A stretch of 64,000 nt of DNA from Penicillus capitatus. Its lineage: Eukaryota > Plantae > Chlorophyta. Of this stretch, positions 1-11,626 are shown piece after piece (the first letter of the stretch is position 1; every line of letters begins with the position of its first letter). Below the pieces are notes generated by a model. It made no database searches. It had not been told where the DNA came from and was given only the letters and a program-made list of their open reading frames with translations. A program made the translations under genes and the position numbers. The stretch is taken from the NCBI GenBank assembly GCA_965649825.1, contig OZ287705.1, forward strand, positions 186,001-250,000. The letters are read 5' to 3'.

Positions 1-2651
1 AGAATGGAGTGATGCATTTCACAGCCGTCCGACTGCGAGGACTCAGAGAGAAGACGTACACCCTGCGCATCGACTACCGTTCCACATCCGAGCTGCAGAC
101 GCTGAACGTGAACTCTTCCTTCGTCCGTGTGACGATGCGACCCTGCAAGATCGGCGAGAGGACAGTCAGCCAAGAAGGCGAGAATCTGGAGTGCCAGGAA
201 TGCGGCCAGGGCGAGTTTCAGCCGTTTCCAGACAGGCACGAGTGCCTGCCCTGCAACGAAGTCGAGAACCACACTCAGTGCGATGGGAAAACGATCGTGC
301 CACGCGATGGATACTGGCACGCCACCTCGTTTTCGTTCGCTGCCCAGCAGTGCATTGGCCACGACGCCTGCAGATCGTCGAAGGAGGACGGGAAGACGCG
401 GACGGAGAAGCTCAGAGAGATTGCAAGAGAGGCGCACGAACGGGGCGAGCCTCTGCTTCACAACTTCAGAGAGAACAGCACGCTGTGCAAAAAGGTTATC
501 TAAACAACGTCGTTATCTCAGTGACATCTTTTCGCTGTGTGCAGGGTTATCAGGGTGTTCTCTGCGGCAGCTGCGAGAATGGCTACGGCAGAGAGGGAAG
601 TGTGTGTCGAAAATGCGGATCGCCTGCTGTGCGTGCCTTCATCCTGGCGATGCTGATCCTCTGGTCGTTTCTGTTCTTCACGTATTTCATTCGATCTGTG
701 CTGCTACTGGCCACGCGTATTGAGTTCAATAAGAGATTCAGTCAAGCGAGAGTAACGCAAATTAGACATCGGGCAGCGAATTCCTCTCCGTCCACATCGC
801 AGTCAACGACGAAAGCCGAAACCAGCCAAACTCCGAAGACAGATCTCGAGATGGCGTCAATGTCTTCGCTGGTGGAGGTTGTAGAATTGCCCTATAGCGA
901 AGCGAGGAGACCAGCTGCAAGTCAGTTGCAGGAACAGAATGATCCAGCAGGAAATGTGATGAGGGAGTCCAAGATGACCCACATTGAAAGACTGAGCAGA
1001 CTGAGAGCTTCAACGAGAAGCCAGGGACAGGAAGGTGCTGCACCGACTATCAGGAAACGACGACGCTTTCGAAAGGAAGGAAGGTTGGCACAGAAGCTCC
1101 AGACACTGCTCAATCCGACCAACTCCAACGTCGACATCGAGCCCCTGACTCTGGCCAATCCTGTCTCGGAAGTCCTCAAGGTGCCAGTTCTGTTCGATTA
1201 TTCTGTGTGCGAAGACCGACTTCGTGTATTCTTCAGATTCTTGTCAACTTCCTCCAAGTGACGTCCGTCGCACTCTCGATCAATATCGACTGGGAAGACT
1301 CTCTAAGACGGGCACTCTACGCAATAGGTACGTATCCAGCTAAGAAGAACATCTTTTCTTTTTCAAAATCCAGGTGCCATTGGCAATCTCTCTTCCGGCA
1401 CTGGATACCTCTCACTTGACTGTTTTCTAAACGAGAACGGTCATCCGAAGTCCCTTCGCCGGCTGACAATCACCATCCTCTATCCGCTGCTGATGTTCGT
1501 CGTCTACGTTTTCATGTGGGCAAGCTACAGCCTCATCAGGAGAAGAGGAAAGAGGTACTACATCGCTTGACGACTGACTGGATCCTCACAAGACCTTCTG
1601 CTGTTCTCTAGTTACTGGGGCCAGAGGATTCTGTTGACGTTTCTGGCGATCAACTATTTCATCTACATCGGCATGACCAAGAACCTGCTGCGCTTCTTCG
1701 CCTGTACGCACGTCAACGACGACAGAGAGGGATCGAACTGGCATCGCTTCGTCTGGGAAGAGGACACAGATGTCGAGTGCTACGAGGGTCGCCATGCGTT
1801 GCTCGTCGGCGTCCTCGTCCTTCCTCTCCTCCTCTCCGTCACCCTTGGATTCCCCTTAGGGATTCTCATAACCCTCAGACGCAACAAGAGTCAGCTGAAC
1901 GACGAGGGTTTCGTCCAGACGTTCGGATTCCTATACAGAGCCTACGACAGATACTACTGGGAAGTGGTCATCATGCTGCGAAAGGCAGTGATCGCTGCCA
2001 TCGCAGTGTTCGCCCATCGACTCGGCGCAACGCTCCAGGGCCTCATGTGCGTCCTGGTGATCGTCATCGCCCTGTCGGTGCATCTGGCGGCGCAGCCTTT
2101 TACGCGAGAGATTCCGCAGCTGAATTACCTGGAGACGTGCTCCCTCTCTGCAACCATCGCCGTCTTCGTTGCTGGGCTCATGATGAACGCGGACACAGTT
2201 GACCAGATGGACCGCGTCGCCCTCAGTGTGATAGCGATTCTCTTTGTCTGCTCCACTCTTCTGTTCATCCTGGTGCAGCTGGTGTTCGCCACCGAGGAGT
2301 TCATCGACATGAAACTGATCGAAGTGAAGGCAATGGAGATCCAGGAGGTGATCGATGCGCGTCTGCACGAGAAGGTGCATCGTCTGATTCAGCACTACGG
2401 AGCAACGGCGATCGTGACCATCCGAACACTCGTCCAGCTTTTGATGAGGCGTCCTCGTCAACGCAGAGAAACCGAAGTCGCTCAAGGTGTGTATTCGTAA
2501 ATTCCATTCAACACATGTGTCTTTATGTAATGCTTGATTCGTCGGCGAGAGCCGCCTCCATTCATGTTCGAGTGTTTTGAATGAATGCGTTTCTGTGTTT
2601 CTAGGTTCGTTCTACCGTCGTGTGGGCGAGGCTCAAGCGCACGCACCTTAA
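1..2651 (+). CDS. Pmp-repeat / Cys-rich / multi-pass TM receptor-like protein, copy A (5'-partial; last exons only)
   Basis: ORFs 9..503 (Ig-like plus CQECGQG...CLPC Cys-rich), 191..1261 (CGSCENGYG...CRKC, TM1, Ser/Thr/basic loop) and 1634..2500 (TM helices with YYWEVVIMLRK and QPF...NYLE) are joined by GT-AG introns. Terminal exon 2605-2651 is inferred from an intron at 2487-2604. Confidence 0.9.
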
Positions 2652-4728
2652 ACACCTGGTTATTTTTTGCTAACAGCACACAGTGGGGGATGCGATGTTT
2701 CATCAGATTCTTTTTTGTCATTCGACGTCTATCAAGCTTCGAACTGAGCTCAAGGAGGCTCAGTACCAATGCAGTCATTCAAACCTCTTACGGACATGGA
2801 GGTTCTACACCATGCATGATCCAGTCCGACTATCTTTTTTGAACGTTTTCCAATGAGCGTGCGCATCGTTTATTTGCGATGATCACTGCACGAGTGTATT
2901 TTTTTAAGTGTTTTGGCGCAGAGGATGTTGAGGTACCGATCGTCTTTAAGGTTATGGATTATGGCACTCGTCCGATCGCCGCAGAAATAGTCTTTCTCTC
3001 ACATAATCGCGCAGCAGTAGCTCCTTGGCGCGATGTTTCACTCTCTGGATAAAGCATCCCGTTTTGGATCTCTCTTGACCGACCTCCTCCGTGCGCGCAT
3101 GAGTCAGGTTTTCTTCCTCACTGCTGACGCCTCGTCTCGTTGTGCCAATTCGCAAACCACGCCGTTCAGCGGACTTCCCAATTAGCGGCTGTTCAATCGC
3201 CCTGTTATCAACGTTTGGAGAGGGGCTGGTACGTTGTGTCGACAGTGCACGAGCTTCGTAAAGAACGAACTGTTTGTTGCGTATGGCCTGTCTCCCTGTC
3301 CGTTTGTACTCAGACGCAAACTCTTGTTCGACGATACATTCTGGCATCTGATCCATGGGGTGCTCGGTGCCTTGTCACCACGTGAACGGGTGAAGGTGAT
3401 ATCCTTCGGCTTTTCTTTAACAACGTGAAGCTGTTATCGGCAACGGTGTGGACAGGCAGAAAAGCACTCTGCGCGGAACGTAAAGCAACACAACGCAACA
3501 GACGCTCCGTCTGTTTAGTTTCTTGCGGACCTGATAACGCCGCCTGGCTGTCAATCCGGTAACACTCAGATGCCCTCAATACGCAGACGAACGTTCCCTT
3601 GAGCTCAGGCTCGAACGATCTTCTGCTCGATGAGCGGACTTCCGAACAACGCAGGACAACGTCACTGCCCGGCGCAGTAATTTCTGCAAAACTGAGCTCG
3701 CACAAAACGCAGTTCCTTCTTGATCCCGCCGTCTTCGGCGACTGAACGAGCTCTCGCGCATCGCTCGATTGTCCATTTTCGGGATCTTCCGTCTCACCTC
3801 GGCGTCGTCTTTCACTGCGCTGACCGACATACGTGATCTTCCAACTGATCCACGTCTCTACACTTGACAAAGCACGGTGCCGAACGCGTTTACTGAGCTA
3901 GCTTGTGTTTGGACTTGCAGATTCCTGAGAGAGTATACTCGCGAGACGAAGTTGATGCGCAATAGCCAATCGTGGCACCCCGACGCCGCAGCAAAGGGCA
4001 TTGAGGAGCCATTGACAAAAGGAATGCGCAAAGGTCGAGATGGAACCTATGTATCACTTTACACCGTCACAAGGGATGTCTGTCGCGAGTGGGATCCGTG
4101 GTGGAAATGGCTACAAGATTGTCGCTCGTCTCCTAGCACAGATTGTCGTTTGAAGGGGACAAATCCAATCATCGATAGAAATGACGTGACAGAACCGGTG
4201 GTGATGGAGGACTTCATACGGCGTTCTCCTCATCGCGGAATGGATTACTGTCCATCAAGTGTCGTTCACTCCTGACGGCGACACCCAGGTTCTTTAATCT
4301 ACCTCGTCCGACAGCGGTCCAAGGAATATCATAACTATCAGGACCGAGAGTGTCGCCGAATGATCTGAGCGCGTACAGGTCGGTAGACGAGAGAAGTCGG
4401 ACGGGTATTCTTACACGAACATCGGTACGTCGTTATATAGGTAAACGTCACGTTAAGCGACAGTGACGTTCTGTGATCTAACGAAACGATTTTTGATGAA
4501 CGCATCGATCTTCTGAGTTGTCACCTCGGACGGCGAAAGACGTTCAAGACCCTATCTAGGTTGCTGTCTGTCCACGTTGAAAACGCGTCCCTGATACTGT
4601 CCACTGACCAAGGGCCAGGTTATGGTCAGCTCGTTTGAAGCGTGTTCGTCCTAGCCAACTCCTTCCGTTCTGTCCATTTTGCAGGATCCAACAAATCGCT
4701 CTTGTAATCGAGGCCAAATCTGAGCTCT

Positions 4729-5505
4729 TCAAAAGAGCAACGGGTGACTCTGTGGACAGAGGAATTGATTGCGTCCCGAGATCTCTACACGAGCTGATTC
4801 CATAGGCTGTGCGTTGCCGTCTTCAGGCGCCGAATCCTGCCTAGCAGCGTCCGAATCGTTCGCTCGACAAGACCGTTGGATGAGTGATGAAAGGGAGCGC
4901 TGAGTCTGAGATCTATCCCACGGTGCTCGATCCAAGCGACGAAAGCAGGTGAAGTGAATTGAGAACCGGAGTCTGCCACGATCATCTGAATCTTCCCATG
5001 CTTGCGCATCCAATCGTTGAGGAATTCTTCAACTCGTTCTCGCGTGGGAGAACACACTGTGCATGTCTCCACCTATCCGGAGAAGTAATCAACGGCAACT
5101 AGGATGTATTTTGACGGAGCTCTGGCCTGCTGTGACAATGGACCCAACACGTCGATGCCGACACGTCTGACACTTCGCTAGCTTCGATGGAGCCCAGATC
5201 TTCTCTGAATCTTCGCCTTTTCTACATCTGACAGGTTTCACAAGTCTTGGAACGTGCTCCGCAAATTTTCTTGCCACGGGACCATCTCACGGAGTCTTGG
5301 AGAGAGATAGCTTCAGATTTGCTGCCGAATAGTGCCCCCGTGCATGAGTGTCTCTGATCCACTCTCTAGCGTGCTCGTCAAGCTTCTGCTGACATGTCAC
5401 TGGGTAGGTACAGACTTTAGACGACGACGCAGATTCATTGTTTTCTTCATCGTTGTAGACAGACGACTCTTGTAACGGCACCGTTTCCCATCTGTCATCG
5501 TCCAT
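4729..5505 (-). pseudogene. pol: Integrase remnant (rve core plus HHCC region), fragmented
   Basis: ORF 4785..5072 QMIVADSGSQFTS...HHSSNGLVERTIRTL; ORF 5287..5505 DTHARGHY. Stops and frame changes lie between the pieces. Confidence 0.88.
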
Positions 5506-6239
5506 CTCACTCTCAATCTCACACTTGCTTCGCTGGCGTCACACATTAAGAATTTATGGCGCGAGAGAAGGTCTGCCAATTGGTTTTCCGATCCGGCTTG
5601 AGATCTCACTAAGGGGTAGTCTCTCAGGACCTCTTCCATTCTTCTTAGCATGAGCATGCTCTGGCTCTTCCAATTCCACATCTTGGCAGACGCCCAGCTG
5701 TCTGTGAAGACAACAATCTACCGTCCCAGAGTCAAGTGACGAAACGTTCTCAACGCTTGCAACAGCGCATCCAACTCTATGTCTGAAGAGTGAGCCCATG
5801 GTTTCTTGTTTCTCCTCATCATTGCAACGTTGCCGCTTTCATCCATTAAAGCTGCACCATAACCGACGGCAGAAGCGTTACCACCATCCTCAATGACCCA
5901 CTCCCATTCCAGTAACCAAGCTGCTAAGAGTTTCTCTTGACAGGAGCGCAACGGACACTCCCAGAATCGTCCAAACTCTGTCGTCCGAAATCTTTCGGCT
6001 TCCGCCTTCTTCCATGGTTCTAACGTGCGAAGTATGACGTCTTGACACCAGGTATGACGATTCAATTGAAACAGCAGCCCTTCGACCGTCCTTAAATCCT
6101 TTGCACATCTCGGCTTGGGCAGATCGTTTAGCTTATCAAACCGTTGCTCGGTCTGATTCCTTCTCAAGGTACTCGACAGAATCGGTGCACCACTTGGATT
6201 TCTCGGCATTCAGCCGCCACTCATCACGACTGAGATCAG

Positions 6240-7483
6240 AGAAAACAATGTTCTAATCCCGCAAGTGTTCCTCTATGGCATCTGATCCCAATAACAAATC
6301 ATCAACATAGTAAAAAAACACTAGAGCCGTTCAGTTTTTTCACAATTCGGGACAGAGTTATAGACAGAGCCTTTTGAAAATGTCTCATGCTCGACAGCCA
6401 GCCAAAAGGGCATCTCTTGTATTGAAAGAATCGTGAATTGAAGGAAAAACCAAAAAAGATCCGAATCTCTGGAGCCAGAGGCACCTGCATGAATCCCTTC
6501 CGCATGTCGATAACGGACCAGACCGTCTTCTTCGGCATGTGCCCCAGTAAACGCATCCTGTCTATGGGAATTCCTTGCACCGAAACAGTCGCAGATTTCA
6601 GCGCTCGGAAGTCCATAACCACTCTGATCTTGTTTCCTTTCTGTGGCACGGGTATGAGTGGCGTCAGGATGGCGGGAGGCCTTGCCACTTCTTCGACTGC
6701 CCCGATCTCGACGACCTCTTGTATCTGGGCTTGAATCTGATCCTCCACGGCAGGTGCCAATGGACAACATGGAATCGCGAAGCAGTCGACGTGATCTTCG
6801 AGCCCGAGATCGTCCACACAGTAGTGCTTCACACCTGAAAGCTTCCTCTCGCACAGACGCGGGTATTTCTTCCAGAGGTCGTCCATCGACCGCTCTTCGT
6901 CCTCAGCATCATCGATGTCTGAGACTTCGCTGTCTTCCTTCCGCGTTACTGTGTTCAGCTTCTGGCGACGCTGCCGTTCCAAAGTGTCTCTCAGCAAGAG
7001 ACGCGACCCATCGACTTTCTTCAGAACGACTTGCTCGTCTGTCTTGACTTGGAATGCTGCTATCATGAATTTGCTTCCCAGCTGTTCAGGCCGGTCGCGC
7101 GCATTCCTCGGAGACATTTTGATCGGTTTTTCAGCACTTTTGATGCAGGGCTCGATCATCACACTTCCTGCGTTGCCAGTGGGCATCAACGCGGCGTCTC
7201 TGTTCAAGATTCGATACGGCAGTTGGAATCTCACTGACGATCTGGGGGCGAGAAAGGCGGATTTCCCCAAAGGTAATAAAATTAACGTTCCTTCTCTCCT
7301 AGGCTGAGTTGCTCTACGTTCGTCTTTTTGAATGTAAATTACAGAATCTATCGGTTCTGTACACATTTGGTCAATGAAATGGTCTGTACAGTTGTCTTCA
7401 TCAGGCCCTACTGAAGATCCTCCGCCTCCCAGGCCTGAGCTTGCCGGCGGAGGCGGTCGTTTGACATCACACAGTGAATGCAT
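6240..7483 (-). pseudogene. pol: Reverse transcriptase remnant
   Basis: ORF 6302..7483 ends at a frameshift in an A7/T7 run. The next frame reads YYVDDLLLGSDAIEEHLRD followed by TAG. The same lesions are present in copy 2. Confidence 0.9.
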
Positions 7484-8530
7484 CTTTCCGATCCATCCGG
7501 CAACTTAACACTGATCTGCACCTGCTACTGTCGACCGGTGCTTCCATCTTTGCGAGAGCTGGCAACCCCAGAATCACCTGCTGAGCGCTGTCGAGAACGT
7601 CGAAATCGATCTGGTGCAATGCCGGTGAGAATCCAAGATGCACTTCAAGAGTGACTCTTCCCAGACTCATTTCCACGGAGCCGTTGAATGCTCTCACCTT
7701 TTTCTTCACAGACTCATCAACAGACCACTCTTGACGCGATGCCAGCTTCAGCGGTATCGCATCAAGTCCGGCTCCTGTCTCGATCAGACATTTTCGACGA
7801 ATCACGTCGTTTGCATCAGCAGTCAGGCCGCACCTCAACTGCAATTGCTCACCAGGACTTCCCAAGTCAACCTCGATGACCTGATCGAGATTCTTGCTTG
7901 GCGGACTCTCCATGGGCGGCGCTCCAGTCTGTTGAGGCCTCGTTCCTCCCGAGATCTTCTTTTGCTTATTCAGCCACAGCCAGCAGCCTGCACGACGATG
8001 ACCTGGTTTCCCGCAGTAGTAGCAAAGAATGGGGGATCCCGGTCTGCCACCGCGTCTTCCCCTTCCTCTGAAAGTTCGGAATCCCGAACGGCTTCGTCTG
8101 GAGGGCTCGGATGGCTGGCCAGAATCGCTTTCCTGCCCTTGGCTCATCTGATGCACACCGTCAGCCACAGCTCCCGAGTGCTCGTCTTCTAGATCACCCT
8201 TGTCGTTGAGGTGTTAATCTTCCGCTTCTGCAGCTCTCAATGAGACGCTCTTGTGGTTCTCAGCTCCCCTCTGCAGAGTCATCTTCCACTTCAGAGATCT
8301 CTTCGCTTCTGCCGCGATCGTTTCGATCAACAGTTCATCCACGTCGTACTTGTCTTCTAGTCGATTCCTCGGTCTTAGAGCGAGCTTGGCCAGCAAGATC
8401 TCTCTTGCCCTCGGCAGCAAAACAGACTTCGAAACCGTCTTCATTCTCTGGCGGTATCGTATTACGAACGAGTGGGTGTCCGCATCTCGCTCGCAGATGC
8501 ACTTGAGCAGATACTTTTCGGCGTCTAGAT

Positions 8531-10164
8531 ATATAATTGGTGGTGCTTACAGCCCTTTTTCAAGTTAAACATCAAAGGCGCATCTGTTGTCCGTACTAAG
8601 GCTGACAATCATCAGGACTCAGAGCAGGAATGACTTTGCAGAGAATGGGATAATAAAGTGTGGATCAGGAGACACCTCGGGGGGTGCTGGGAGGCCGTGT
8701 GAACGGGCGGATGGGTAAAACCATGTAATCGAGGGTAGCGAACGCCGTCTTGGGGTCCTTCAGATGCTCGAAAAGAGTCTTCGACACGAAGACTTTCAGA
8801 TTTCTGCTGGGCGTCCATTCTGGGAGGGGCTGACCAGCCGGATCGCGTTTGCGTCGGTTCATGCGGTGTGGAGCTGCGAAGTGCTCTTCTGCGAGTTCGG
8901 GTGCAGGGATCTGCCAGCGAGAAGCATTCTGATCGGCGATGGCTGCGATTGCGTCTTCCGGGTCTATGTCCAGATCAACATTGTTGATGACCACGGGGAC
9001 TTTGTCCTTGGTTGGCGAGAGGTACGGATTGTTGACTGTGAACGTGCCGATGTCCGGCAGTTCAAGATCCCAGGAGTCTCCTGCGCATTCTAGGCAGCGG
9101 TCCAAAGATTTCTCGAAGGGCTCCCTAAGATCCGCGCGGACTTGAATGTAGTATCTGCCTCCGTGATCTGTTCGGATGTCTTCGACGAAGCTCTTGAAAT
9201 TCTTGATCTTGAGCTTCTGCTCCAAGCTGATTCCAAGCTGGCGGAACGACGGGCGGTCTCCCTTCAGCTTCACTGGGCACAGCTGGAAGCTTCTCTCGTC
9301 GCATCTGATCTGGGCTTTGAGCTCCTGGGTTTTCCTTCTGAGCTCTCTGGCCTGGGCGTTCCGTTGCTGCTGTGCTGGAGACTTCGTGGGCAGGGCCTTT
9401 CGGGCGGCCTCTCGGTACGATTTGGGAGCAGCGCTTCCGGATTCTGTTGCAGCTTGATTTCTGTCTGCCGGAGCGGGGGGCGTGGTGTGGGCGGCGGGCG
9501 GTGACCAATCCGTGATGCTGTGAGAAAATAGCATGCAGGTGTGTACCTCGTGTAACTTGGCAATAAACTGGGAGGTAGGTGCGCGTTGCGGGTGTTTTTC
9601 CGGAACGAAGGCCTTGACGACTGTCTCTATGTAATCCGTTGCCGAGCGGATGTCATCAGAGAGAGCTCTGAGGAATGCGCTCGGCGGCACCGAGTGTCTG
9701 GAGCGACAGAGTCGATGCGTGAGTTTGCGAATATTCGTCAGGCAGATCTGGGGCTTCCGACGCCAAGAGGAGCTGGTTGCGCAGGTTCTCGAGTCTGTTC
9801 ACTAGAACCAACTGGGCTTCGTCTTTCCTTTCGTGCGCCGCCAGGTAGTCGCTGATCTTCGAGATGAGCGTGGCGGGTTCCACGCTCGCAGCGATGTGTG
9901 TAGGGCAGGCCTGGAGGGCAGTGTTGACGAGGATGAGCTCCTTCTTGCTCATCGCTTCGAGCACCTTCGGGGACAGGCGCAGGTCGCGCCTGTACCTGAC
10001 CGTGTTCGCGGCCTGCGCCACCGCCGTGCGCACCGGGTCGGGGGCGGTGTCAGGACCTCCGGTCTGCGAGCCTGAGGGCTGCATCGTTCGCTTTAGTGCG
10101 TGCGGGCACCGTCGTTCGGCAAGGGTTTGAGCGCGGCAGAACGAAAGTGTCGTACGGAGGTGGA
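8531..10164 (-). mobile_element. Non-autonomous non-LTR (LINE-derived) element carrying ORF1/gag only, 16-bp TSD
   Basis: TTTTCGGCGTCTAGAT occurs at 8515-8530 and 10165-10180. The paralogous site (~23882-23897) has one copy and no insert. It contains ORF1-like coding sequence, a ~135-bp 3' segment and a short ATTATAT tail; no RT or endonuclease. Confidence 0.9.
8665..10084 (-). pseudogene. LINE ORF1 (gag-like) protein split by one frameshift near 9690-9700
   Basis: ATG at 10084; 142-aa and 341-aa ORFs overlap. The C-terminal part VVINNVDLDIDPEDAIAAIADQN...HRMNRR...PSRNLKVFV...LDYMVLPIRPF resembles the pre-zinc-knuckle region of non-LTR ORF1 (my pattern recognition). It stops where the CCHC knuckle would begin. 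Confidence 0.7.
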
Positions 10165-11626
10165 TTTTCGGCGTCTAGATCGACTCCTACCTCGATGATC
10201 ATTTATCCCAAGTAGGATTTGATTTCACTCCACACCGTTTCGAGCGTTCGTTCTTCTTCCTTCGTCGTTATCTTTAAGTCCGACGGCAGGCTGCTCATGC
10301 GACGGCGAACGATGGACTCGATTCCTGCAGACATGGTGGCCCCGGTTTCTTTGGATTGATCGAACGATTCCAGAAGAACGAAGATTCTCTTGTTGATGAA
10401 TCTGTGCGATATTTCGAGTCGACCCAGTAATCTTTCATGCAAATTCTGCGTCCACACAGTGATACTCATCAGCTCTGTCTGTTGGATGGTCAGTGGCGAC
10501 TGAGAGAATGATCCTGCATTCAAATCGGACGTTCTAGATCCTTTGCTTGTTGCTTCTGACTGTGCTGCTGTCATGGGTCGACAAAGTGGATCTACAATCC
10601 TCGTCAGGACCACCGGCGCCGTCATACAAACATTATCCAGAGCCATCTCGCCAGTCCTGGGTACTCGCCATTCAGCAAGGACGCGCACAACGCGATCGCC
10701 GGATTGAGGCAACGCGTCAACAGAGTTGTGCCTTGTTTCTACAGACTTCTTGCTGAGTCGACGGCTCGGTCAGTCGCGACACTTAGTCTTCCTTCTCTGA
10801 CTGCTTGGGTGAAGTCCATGTACACCGCAGCTGCTTGTTCTCGCGTCAACGGACGTTGAAATACGCCACCCGGAAAAATCTTGCGGTTTCTTATAGGTGC
10901 GACATTCTCCGTCCACAGCTCCACTGCCATGGAGTTCAACGCGAAATCTAGGACGACTGCGACTGTAGCGAGTCCGGCTGCAGTCGCATGTGAGCATCGC
11001 TCCGAAACCATGTAAACAAGCGTTACCAGCGTGGTAAGCAACAGCTCCAAAAGCTGAACCGCGATCATGTCTTAAACAGAATGTCCGATGACAAGAGTTG
11101 TCAACATTTATCTCTCGTCTCGACACGAGGGAAGGATGCGACGAATGAACTAGTGGAAAGTGCGTTATATCTGAATACCCCAGAACTGACGGTGTGTTCT
11201 CCAAAACTGACGGGAGAAATGAAGGCGATATACTCACGTCATGGATGACCACATTCTGATGACTACATAGCACCTTCGTTTTCCTCGCTGTTCTTTCCTC
11301 GAAACTAATGAAACGCTATGATGACAGAATTTATGCGGAATGTGGAAACTGCTTTAAATCCCGACCAGTCATTTGGTCGTGAACGAACGGATCTCTTCTT
11401 TGCACATTGTCTAGTACGCGACACGTACCCCAGAGATCCAAACGCACCAACATTCGTTTTTGTACACGCAAGTCCGGCAGTTTAGGTTGACTCCGTGCGT
11501 CCTGCAGTCTTCATTAACTCCGTTTCCCCTTCAGCAAAAAACGCATCCGGTTCGGAGAACAAGAGTACACGGTTCTTGAGCGACAAGACAGCTCTGGCTT
11601 CCCTAGGCAGTCGGCTAAGCTTTCTC

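Larger units (their letters stand above)
4640..11125 (-). mobile_element. Degenerate Ty3/gypsy LTR retrotransposon, copy 1 (gag-PR-RT-RNaseH-IN; no LTRs found)
   Basis: Minus-strand order: zinc knuckle CYYCGKPGHRRAGC (~8090), protease LIETG (~7790), RT (VMDFRALK, IDMRKGFMQVPL, CPFGW, YVDD), RNase H (ELDAL...VFTDS), integrase (H..H zinc finger, VADSGSQF, SNGLVER). PR-RT-RH-IN order is Ty3/gypsy. Boundaries come from comparison with the spacer lacking the element (36760 and 37640) and are approximate. Confidence 0.92.

Noticed and set aside
4260-4720. 3' LTR of the gypsy remnant
   Set aside because: There is no matching repeat near 10750-11300, and this sequence also occurs in spacer 3, which lacks the element.
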